From assembly GCA_002104905.1 (NCBI GenBank), contig MCFE01000821.1, forward strand, positions 1-33,355: DNA of 33,355 nt, given 5' to 3'. Positions 1 to 9,523 of the stretch are shown here, one piece after another. The translations under genes and the position numbers were made by a program. The stretch comes from Basidiobolus meristosporus CBS 931.73 (taxonomy: Eukaryota; Fungi; Basidiobolomycota). The notes below the pieces were generated by a model, which worked only from the letters and a program-made list of their open reading frames with translations, searched no databases and had not been told where the DNA came from. The first letter of the stretch is position 1. Each line of letters begins with the position of its first letter.

Positions 1-397
1 GAAATAGCAGGTTAGTGTTGCTATAAGGTAGCCATGCTGTATGTGAATACACCAAAAATGTTTCACTCAAGTAACTTTTTCCTCACTCCTATACTATAAA
101 GTTCAGATTGTTGTTCAATTTGTTTGGCTCTCTCAGAAGTAAATAGCTCAGCTTCCTACCTTGATGATTTTAAGTTTGCCCAATGATGGAAACCAGCTTG
201 AGCTTACCAAACCACCTATCCAATGAACTTGGAACTTATTCACATATTCTTTCACTGCAGGCTAGTAATAGTACTACATCTTCATATATCCAAGTGACTC
301 ATTGGAATCATATCTTGTGTTACAGATAGAAAACACTGTAGATCTTGTATTTGCACCTAAACTTTCCAAAACATAATCAACTCAATAATAGCATATG

Positions 398-730
398 TGT
401 TGTAAAAACTCATAATTCCACCTAAATATTCACCTAGCTTAGTCACTTAGATCATTACCATCCAATCCTAAAGAATACTGACCAAGTTCCTTGTTGGGAT
501 TTAATTAGAATATTTACTCAGTACATGAAAGTTAGATAAGTTGTCCAAACAGCCCCAAACTTTGCACACATGCTCTTAAGACCTTCCTTAACCTATTTTA
601 TGTACTTGTTATGCCAAGACTGTGTAAAAGCATAAATACTATTTTTACATTCAACAAATCACAAAGTGAAAACCACACAATTTACATGTCCTCCCAAACC
701 ACTTCCAATATCTCCAAGACTCTTACAACA
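398..730 (+). repeat. 5' LTR of Copia-1 (333 bp)
   Basis: TG...CA termini. Aligns to 4710-5057 at roughly 80-85% by eye, with an indel of about 15 bp. Confidence 0.9.
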
Positions 731-744
731 GATTATGTGCCCCA
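731..744 (+). other. Primer-binding site of Copia-1 (degenerate half-tRNA-iMet type)
   Basis: GATTATGTGCCCCA directly after the LTR. It resembles GGTTATGAGCCCTG of Copia-2 and the GGTTATGGGCCCAG PBS of Drosophila copia. Confidence 0.7.
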
Positions 745-761
745 AACTGTCACTCTCTGCA

Positions 762-3700
762 ATGTCTACTACTGCTATTACTGGAATTCTTCCCCTCTGC
801 TGAAAAGCTGGATGGATCTAACTACCAAGTGTGGAAGGTGAAAATGAAGATGCTGCTACAAGAAAGAGGCCTTTGGGGTATTGTCATGAGAGAAGAATGC
901 CCTCCAAAAAGTATGGGAGAGGAAGTCTTAAAGTACCAGAAGAAAGAACAAAGTGCCTTTGACTGCATTTGCCATAATGTTTAAGACAAACAGCTAATTC
1001 AATGCTCAAGAGCAAAAACAGCAAAGAATGCCTGGAAGGCATTAGAAGACACCTACCAGTCATGTTCAGCTGCTAAGAAAATGTATCTGAGGCAGAAATT
1101 CTTTACTACAAGGATGCAGCCAGGAGAAGAAATGAAAAATCTAATTAATAGAAATACCCTGCTGGTGGATGAGATGGAATCTGTTGGTGTACCAACTACT
1201 GATGAGGATGTGATAGTAACCATCCTGAACAGCCTGACAGACAAGCCTCGGGCCTTGTAACAATCCTAGAGCCTAGAACTGCAGATTTGACCTTAAACTA
1301 TGTATATGGAAGGCTCCCGGATGAAGAATTAAGAAAATCAACCACCAATAAGAAGGAAGAAGAAGATGCATTAATAAGCAGTGATAACCAACAAAGGAGA
1401 TACCAAAGACCTTTCAAAGGCAATAGCAGTCTGTTTTGCAACTACTGCAAAATGAAAGGACACACATCAGATTGGTGTCTCAAAAAGAGTGATAGTCTGC
1501 AGAAAAAGCCTGAATATGGAAATGCTGCAACAACTGAAGTTTGACTACTCATATCTGCACTAAAGATGACCATAAAAAAGGACTCCCTGATATGGTATAT
1601 TGACTCTGGAGCATCTCAGCACTTTACATACCAAAAAGAATGTTTTACTCAATACCAATAAATTCCAATTAAGAAGGTTTTCAAGGGTGACAATAGAACA
1701 ATTAATGCAGTGGGAGAAGGAACTATCCAAGTAAGCCTTAGAGGCAGTCAGGGAAGCCATACACTGACCTTTGAAGAAGTACTCTATGTACCAGAAATAG
1801 CCAAGAACCTACTATCTGTAAGCAAGGCTACAGCAGAAGGTCTCAGTTTCTGCTTTGACAATTTTGGATGCAGGATCACTAATCAAAATGGTGCCCATAT
1901 GGCTTTGGGTATCAGAGATCAGAATCTATGCAAGTTGACTTATATCCATCATATCCAGAAGCTGACACAGGTAACTTAAATGAAGAAACACCAATGCTTT
2001 GGCACAGGAGATTTGGTCACATCAATTTTGATTATTTGCCAAAAATGATCAAAGATCAGCTAATTTCCGGAGTAAATATGCTCACCCAGCTAGTTTGGAG
2101 CACTGTGAAGCCTGCATATATGGAAACAAGCCAGACAACTGCTCAAGAGCTCTGGGTTAATCAAAACTAAGAATAATTAGATATAATTCTCTCAGATCTG
2201 TGTGGACCTATGCAAAGCTATCCTTAGGCAGGATGAAGTATTTTGTCACTTTTATTGATGATTATTAAAGATACATGTGGGTGTACTTCATGTAGAGAAA
2301 GGAAGAAGCTCTGTCTAAGCTCAAGGAGTTCAAAGCTCAGGTGGAGAGAGAAACTGGTGAATAAATCAAGTAAATGCACTCTGCCAATGGTGGAGAATAT
2401 AGCTCAGAACTCTTGATCTACTTGTGCCAAATTCATGGGATAAAGCATGAGACTACTGTACTATACTCCCCACTGCAAACTGGGGTAGCAGAATATGCAA
2501 ACAGATCAATAATTAATATAGCAAGATCTATGATTCATGATCAAAAATTATCCTATGATTTTTGGGTGGAATCAGTTGCCACAGCTGTATACCTTAAAGA
2601 TAGGAGTTATAACAGAATACTTTGTGATTCTACTCCATTTGAAGCATGGTATGGATACAGACCAGGTGCAGAACATCTAAGAATAATTGGGTGTACAGCA
2701 TATGCCAAGAAACAGCCCAGAAATCAGTCAAAAATTGAGCCAAAAAGTGTAAAATGCCTATTTTTGGGCTACTCTAATGAGAGTAAAGCATACAGACTCT
2801 ACAATACCAAAACAAAGAAGCTAATCAAGCCCAGGGATGTGTTGTTTGATGAAAATTCAAAATTTTCACAAAAAATGCCATCAGATTATAACAAAAATAT
2901 GTTACCAAGTCCACTAATTGTCAGAATTGAATCAGAGCACAACAACAAAATTTTTTTCACTCCAGAGAACTCTGCAACAGTGGCTCAGCCTGAGTCAGTG
3001 CCCAGGAATATCCCACAAGTGATCAGTCTGGTATCAAATGCCTGGAGATCCAACCACACATGAAATAGCCCAAACTACAATATCACCAAGGGTACAAACT
3101 TAGTCTATGCCTATTCAGTCCATATTGCTGCACCCCTGACTGTAAAAGAGACCCTAAATAGCCCTCAGAAAAGGTTCTGGAGATCTGCAATGATTGGGGA
3201 ATATTAGGTCCTAATGGAAAATCAAATTTGGGACTAAGTCCATTACCAATCAACCAAAAATCAATTGGATGCACATGGGTCTTTAAGACAAAATATAAGG
3301 CTGATGATACAGTTGAAAGATAAAAAGCAAGACTTGTGGCTAAAGTATACTCTCAAACAAAAGGACTTGACAATACTGAGACCTTTGCTTTGGTAGCCAA
3401 GTTTAATTCCATCCAATTAAAGTTGGCTATTGCAGCCAAATATAAGTTTTTTACTCATCAAATGGATGTAAAAGCTGCTTTTTGAATGGAGAACTTGATG
3501 AGGACATGTATATGGACCAGCCTGATGGGTTTGTTGACCAAGATAACCCCCATTTGGTCTGCAAGCTCAAAAAAGTCTTCATATGGTCTTAAACAATCAT
3601 CAAGAGCCTGGAATTGCAAGATAGATTCTTTTTTAGAATCTTTGAGTTTCAAAGGGAGTAATATTCACTATAGTATATACTGTAAGCCAGAAAGAGTAAA

Positions 3701-4709
3701 TCCAGTTCTATTAGCTCTATATGTGGATGAACTTATTATATCCACCAATAACCTCTGAACATTGGCAAAGAATAAATCCAGCCCATCTGAGGAGTTTAAG
3801 ATGTCTGATCTAGGAGAGCTCAGTTACTACTCAGGGATAAAGTTCTCCATAGACAAAAGTACAATACTATCACCCTAACACAGTCCAAGTATATCCAAGA
3901 TATACTCAAGAAGTACCAAATGGAAGACTGAAAACCAGCAGCTACCCTAATGGAGACAAACCTTAACTTGGTCAAAACTCAACCAAATCAAGAGAGCTTG
4001 GTGCCATCTGAAAGCCCTGACTTTCCTTATCAATCTATGGTCAGCAGTCTGATGTATATCAAGCTTGGAATATGTGCAGGTATCTCATATTCAGTGGGAG
4101 TTGTCAGCCAGCATAACTGGAACAATAGATCTGATCATATTGCAGTAGTTAAGCGGATATTTAGATACCTAAAAGGAACTGCTGATATCTGCTTAAGATA
4201 CACCTTTCAGGATTCAGAACAGGATCTTGTGGGATACTCTGATGCTGATTGGGGACAAAGTTTGGAGACAGAAGATCCACTGCAGGGTACACCTTTATTG
4301 ATTATAAAGGAGCAATTTCATGGAATTCAAGAAAGCAACCAACTGTTGCACTTTCCACCACAGAGGCAGAGTATATGGCAGCCTGTGAAGCTACAAAAGA
4401 AGCAATGTGTCTAAGAAAGCTTTTCACAGAGTTAGGCCTATGTCAAAAAATGCCTATGAATTTATTTCAAGATAATTAAGGATGTATACAATTAGGTAGA
4501 AGTCCAACTTTTCATGCTGGAACCAAGCACATAGATATTGCACATCATTTCATACCTGAAGCTATAGAGAATAATTCAGATAGCTTAGTTTACTGTCCTT
4601 CAGATGAAATGATTGCAGACATATTTACCAAACCATTAGCTACAGACAAGTTTGAATATCTTAGGTCAAAACTATGACTAGTCAGTAAGAACATTTAGCT
4701 GAGTGGGAG
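762..4709 (+). pseudogene. gag-pol: Copia-1 gag-pol, broken by many stops and frameshifts
   Basis: Gag EKLDGSNYQVWKVKMKMLL (about 800); zinc knuckle CNYCKMKGHTSDWC; protease WYIDSGASQH (about 1593); pre-integrase LWHRRFGH; integrase HSANGGEY and QTGVAEYANRSI; RT SYGLKQSSRAW and LYVDELII; RNase [21 protein letters not shown]; terminal LSGSV across the PPT. Confidence 0.93.
4701..4709 (+). other. Polypurine tract of Copia-1
   Basis: GAGTGGGAG immediately 5' of the 3' LTR. Confidence 0.8.
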
Positions 4710-5057
4710 TGTTGTAAAATTAGATTTCCACCTAAATATTCACCTAACTTAGTCACTTAGATCATTACCTTACAATCCTAAGGAACACTGACCAAATTCC
4801 TTGTTGGGATTTACTTAAAATATTTCCACCAAAATACCAGGTACCCAGAATATGAAAATTCTCAAAGTTGTCCAAACAGCCCCAAACTCTTTGCACATCT
4901 TCTTAGGATCTCTCTTAACCTATTCTACATGTTTATTATGCCAAGACCATGTAAAAGTATAAATACTACTTTTACATTCAATAAATCATTAAGTTAAAAC
5001 CACATAACTTACTTGTCCTCCCAAATCACTTCCAATTTCTCCAAGAATCTTACAATA
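4710..5057 (+). repeat. 3' LTR of Copia-1 (348 bp)
   Basis: Homologous to 398-730. TATAAATACT at 4958-4967 and AATAAA at 4980-4985. Terminal CA mutated to TA. Confidence 0.9.
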
Positions 5058-5385
5058 GTATGGTCTTGGTCTTTCCTGCCAAAGCATATTGTTGGGGTTT
5101 GCTCAGATATTCTTTCTATGATGTCAAGCAATTATAACACAGGAACCTGATAAGCTGTCTAAAGCACCCAAACATTGTGTGCTTGTTCTCAACACTTTTC
5201 CAAGAATATCTTAGGTGCTTTTCTTGCCTAAATCATGTCAGGGTACAAATATTCCATACATCTGGTAAATTTCTTAGGGACAGCTGTTGCAAAATCTCAG
5301 AGAATATTGGAAGCAATTTAGAGAACCAGAAAAATTGTCAGAAACTTACTTGTTGCTATATTGAGTTCAAACATAGTATTTACAA

Positions 5386-5876
5386 TCCTATGAGAAACTG
5401 TTTGTGCGTGCAGGTGTATCCAATCCTAACCAGCCATCAGGATCCTGCAATGAGGCCTTTATAATGACAGCAGCTTTAAATTCTTGATCCTCTTTACAAT
5501 CTTGTGGTAGGGTTGTGACAATATTATGCTGATATGATACTAAGTAAAGTAATAAATTTGAGGGTTTTTGATGGTTAATTTGCAGTGCTTATATAGCATT
5601 CAGATGGTCATAAAGTAGTCTACATTTATTTGACCAGACTTAACCAGCACATTCATGAGGTTGCCTTGTATGGTGAAAGCTCAGCAGTATTCTGACAGCC
5701 TTGATGTGGACTGCTGTTGGTATTCTTATGGCAGTGTTGCAACCTACAGCTAGTACTGTATAATACCAGCATATCAGTTTACCAAATGGTATTTCCTTTT
5801 TCTACCTCCCCTTGTGCCATTCATAAATTTCACTGTAGAACCATGCCCCATTATTTGCTCACTCACTACTATCATA
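5386..5876 (-). mobile_element. CACTA-like element, truncated 3'-end fragment (copy G)
   Basis: Begins with terminus-like TCCTATGAGAAA. Collinear with 5877-6350 and with 9524-10010. Confidence 0.6.
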
Positions 5877-6788
5877 CCGTATGAGAAATAATTTGGTTCC
5901 ACATGTGGATCCAATCCGGATTACTCATTGAGATCCCATAATGAGGCCATTATAATGCCTGCAGCTTGGATTTATTGACCCTTTGCATGATCCTATAACA
6001 GGATTGTGACAGTGTTTTGCTGAATCTACTGATATATTTATAAATAAACCTTATAGTATTCAAGCAGTCCTTTGATGGGTGTTCAATGGCATTTGCATGG
6101 CTCTCTAGCAGACTACACTTATTTGAGTGGATCCAAACAGCAAGTGCACCCAATTACTATATAGGGAGAAAAATTTAATGGTATTTTGATGGCCTTATAA
6201 CAGACATCTGTTGGCACTATAATGGCCATATGGCAGCCTACAACTATTACTGTACAATGCTAGCATACCAACTTATTGAATGGTATTTGTCTCTGCTACC
6301 TCCACTTGTGCCATTCATATATACCATTGTACAATCACCCCAGTTTATTTGCTGACCTACTACTACCATGGGTTTTCCATATATAGATCAAGCTAAAAAA
6401 CACTACAGCCTTCTGCTCAGTAACCTCTACCTACATGCACACCCACTGCAACTGACACACTTCTACCACCTCAACTTTATGACATTTCAATGTTATACTT
6501 GCTAAGTTGCCATATATGTTGCATTGCAGGTAACACATACATCTTGCAAATATATGCTTGGTTACCCCCCCACTTTTGCCATGAATATCTCTTGAGTATT
6601 TACAAAATACCTATTGGTACTTAGCCCATAGATTCCTTCTGCCTGCTGGGTTTTAGTTCTCCTCATATGTGGACTCCAGTTCTTGTTTTGTAAACTCAAT
6701 ATCAAAAGGTGTGGATATTGGTTTGTAACAAAGAGATACCCACCATACTTTGCTAAGTTGTCCTGATAGTAGCTAGTTGCTTATTATG
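5877..6788 (-). mobile_element. CACTA-like element, 3' end plus transposase C-terminus (copy F)
   Basis: Terminus CCGTATGAGAAATAATTTGGTTCC matches the ends at 9524 and 20057. Segment 6250-6785 is collinear with 9900-10425. Confidence 0.75.
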
Positions 6789-7124
6789 CACTATGAAAAA
6801 TGATTGTGACAATCCTGTCAAAAGACCATCACAAAATTAAAGTCCTCCAACTAAGGGGTATTGATCATGTTAGGACACTATGCAAAGACTGCTGAAAAAT
6901 AAATGCGCCTCAGATTTCACAGAAAGCTTAGTGACAATATTTCACTACAACAATACAAAAGTGGCTTTTGATTAGTCCTCTGCCAATTCTGGCACTTTTT
7001 GATCCCCAACACTCAATCACCTCCTACACTTGAGTACATTGATTGGCTATTGCCTCTTTTTCACACACTTCACTTTCTGACTTAACTAGTTCATTAAGTA
7101 TTTCTGCTGAGATGCCCTTTTCCA

Positions 7125-8351
7125 TTACTTTGGCAGGAACCCTGCAGCTTTATGCCTCTGTTCATTCACTGGTTCCCATACATTCTGTTTGTCAGCCAGC
7201 ACTGCAAGGTCTAGCACCTCATCTGCCAGCCTTTGCAATAAATCCTTGCAATATTCAAGTGAGTTTTCTTGAGCACTGCTCTTGAAGAAGTGCTCCAACC
7301 TCTTGGTGTGCCTATTGATGCTCCAAATTCCACAGTAGGCATTGTCATAGTTTTTGGAGTTCTTAACATTGTTGCTTGGTCTGTTAGTGGGATCTTTACT
7401 CTGTCTATATTGGAGTATGTGGAGGCAGTTGTTGACAAATTGCTTTTTGCTGCAAGCACATCAATCTCACAATAGTATTGCTCAACAGGCTGCACTTTGA
7501 AAACTTGAGAAAACAGCTGATGTCATGTTTGTAATTCTTCTTGGCTATAATTGGAGTCAGCCTGTTCTGAGCTGATGGCATTGATTGATGAGACCTGCAG
7601 CTTTTTCCTCATGCCTCCCTCTCTCTGCCTTTGGTAGACCTTTTTCTCTTAACCTTTACCACTGCCAAGTCTCTCACTGCTGCTCTAACTGAGTGCTTCT
7701 TATATTGTACTGTAGTTTCTCCTTGATGATTGCTGCACTGGTGCATCTGTTTTTGCCTGCTTGTCCCTTGCTGGCACTCTCCCAGCAACCTGATGTTTCC
7801 TTGCCACTTGCTTGAAGCTATTGGCCCTGTCTGTGATGGGCTCCTGAGAAAGCCACAGGTTTTCATCATTGCTGAGTCCTTAACTACTGCTGTAACCAAG
7901 TTCCACTTGTATTGTACTTTGTTTTCTCCTTGTTGATTGCTGCATTGGTACATCCATTTTGCCTGCTTGTCCCATGCTGGCACTCTCTGGCAACCTGAAG
8001 CTTCTTTGCAACTTGTTAGGAATTCCAGCCCTGCTTGTGATGTGCTCCTGGAAAAGCTGCTGGTTTCATCACTGTCAAGTTCTTAACTGCTACTGTGACT
8101 GAGTGCTTCTTGCATTGAACTACACTTTGTCCTGGATGAATGCTGCACTGATGCATCTGTATATAGCTGCCTGTCCCTTACTGGCACTTTTCTGACTACC
8201 TGAAATTTATTTGCTGTTTGTTAGGAGCTTTCAGCCCTGCTTATAATGAGCTCTTCAGGAAGCTGCTGGTCTTTAGTTTTGGATGTTGCCCTGCTTGTTG
8301 TACTGAATGTCAAAGCAAGCTATTGTCCAATTGCACTTCTGCTGCTGTCAT
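7125..8351 (-). pseudogene. CACTA accessory ORF of unknown function (copy A), degenerate
   Basis: Frame-corrected translation gives three S/Q/R-rich repeats of about 68 aa, then a domain LSTTAST..IPLTD...RHTKRLEHFFKSSAQENSLEYCKDLLQRLADEVLDLAV...WEPVNEQRHKAAGFLPK*. The same frame and terminal stop are seen in copy D. Confidence 0.55.
7660..8275. repeat. Three diverged tandem units of about 205 bp inside the accessory ORF
   Basis: Units start ACTGCTGCTCTAACTGAGTGCTTC (about 7675), ACTACTGCTGTAACCAAGTTCCAC (about 7883) and ACTGCTACTGTGACTGAGTGCTTC (about 8085). Homologous units occur at about 25180-25600. Confidence 0.8.
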
Positions 8352-8659
8352 ATATGGGTTTTAGTTGGGAACCAGACAGCCTTGTATTACTCTTTGGAGG
8401 CATATATATGAAAGTGAGCTAAACTAAAGGGGAAATAGTATTACACATTTAAATATGTGTTGTGCCAAAACTTTGTATTTCATGCTTACTATGACAGGTC
8501 ATCAATAAATCTTACATTCATCTAGATGTCATGTCTCAGATACAAGACTGTCTTAAACTCACATCAGTATTGACAAAAAAGTGATATAATAGCTTTACAT
8601 TGTTGAGTGTCTAAATGTTTGCCTAATGGAGAAGGCTACCTTGATTTAACACTGCAAGA

Positions 8660-9405
8660 GAAGAGAGAAAAGACTATGTGGCTATTGTAACAAGCCTCTC
8701 AGCCATGAGGCATGCTGGCAGCATAGGAAGTATTAGAAGGATCACAAACAGTATTTTGCCACACTAGTTATATTTGGCTATTTAATGGTCACTACTGTAC
8801 CAAAAATATCTTGCCAGCTACTTGATACTTCATTATTGGAGCCCAGCCATACTTACCACCTTGCACAAACTGAGTCTGGTGAGATTGTAATACCTTTAGG
8901 CTCACCCCAACCTTCTAATATGGCATGCGGAGTGATAGCTCTGAAAAAAAGGCTCACTGCTAGATTGTAAACATATCTTCCCTAACAACAGTACCCTGCA
9001 TAAGCCTGGCCAAGTCCCAGTATACAATGAGACAACATCTGCCAGGTGTCCAACTTATCAGAAACCAACCACCATTGGAGAAGAAGCATGAAGTACCACA
9101 TTTGGTATCACTCAAGTGCAAACATTTTCTATAGATTCAAGGGCAAATATTACATACTAGTCAGAAGCAAGAGCTACTTTGAAAGTTTGTATGGCCATAC
9201 CTTTGCCTTAGCACTTGAGTATATTCTCATTAAACAAGTACTCTGCCAGAAAATCCTGCTGGCCACTAATTCTCATCAACCTTAATCTGCTGCCTATCTT
9301 ATGGTATCAAAGCAGAAATCTGATGGTAGTCTCACTGGTATCTGGGCCTAAATCATACTTCAACACAGACAGCTACCAGTTTCTATTGTAGGATGAACTT
9401 TGTAT
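8660..9405 (+). pseudogene. CACTA/EnSpm-like transposase (Transposase_21/TnpD-like), N-terminal half
   Basis: LCGYCNKPLS at about 8675. SCWPLILINLNLLPILWYQSRNLMVVSLVSGPKS...DEL from 9254 matches the conserved CWP..INLNLPP..R...N....GP...D...PL.DEL block of CACTA transposases. Confidence 0.85.
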
Positions 9406-9523
9406 GCATTGTGCTGGGCTGCTAATAAACCCCAGATTTCACCAAAAGCTTAGTAAGAATTTTTGGTCAAATCAATAAATAAGTGGTTTTTGATTGGTTC
9501 ACTGCTGTTCTTTCACTTTCAAT
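9406..9523 (+). mobile_element. Short CACTA left-subterminal fragment
   Basis: ACCCCAGATTTCACCAAAAGCTTAG...GTGGTTTTTGATTGG matches about 6905-6975 and about 23787-23850. Confidence 0.55.

Larger units (their letters stand above)
398..5057 (+). mobile_element. Degenerate full-length Ty1/Copia LTR retrotransposon (Copia-1)
   Basis: Two LTRs (TGTTGTAAAA...TTACAACA and ...TTACAATA), PBS at 731, PPT at 4701, domain order gag-PR-IN-RT-RH typical of Copia. Near-matching 5-bp TSD: ATATG (393-397) and GTATG (5058-5062). Confidence 0.95.
6789..9405 (+). mobile_element. CACTA-like element, left end, accessory ORF and 5' half of transposase (copy A)
   Basis: Starts CACTATGAAAAATGATTGTGAC. Left-end sequence is shared with 20947 (reverse) and 23733 onward. 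Truncated within the transposase. Confidence 0.85.

Noticed and set aside
1-392. Possible decayed transposase spanning the Copia-1 target (1-392 joined to 5063-5385; SLPNDGNQL...TWNL...QIENTVDLVFAPK)
   Set aside because: The resemblance to a CACTA catalytic block is too weak and needs several frame changes. Left unassigned pending tBLASTx.
611-841. ORF 611-841 and ORF 25737-25961 as small proteins
   Set aside because: They run through LTR sequence, and the second crosses an insertion junction, so they are chance ORFs.
1542-1547. TGA-CTA after the Copia-1 zinc knuckle as a programmed readthrough signal
   Set aside because: It matches the UGA-CUA context, but it aligns to a sense codon (Q) of Copia-2, is simply explained as CGA-to-TGA decay, and the element has many other stops. 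It does not corroborate the Copia-2 TAA, which is at a different position.
6905-6940. CCCCAGATTTCAC motif (6908, 9428, 20828 reverse, 23787) as the terminal inverted repeat
   Set aside because: Homology between 6789 and 20947 extends about 120 bp further out to a CACTA/CCCTA-type terminus, so the motif is subterminal.
7660-8275. CRISPR-like or satellite array
   Set aside because: Units are about 205 bp, diverged along their whole length with no repeat-spacer alternation, and lie in a transposon ORF in a eukaryotic context.
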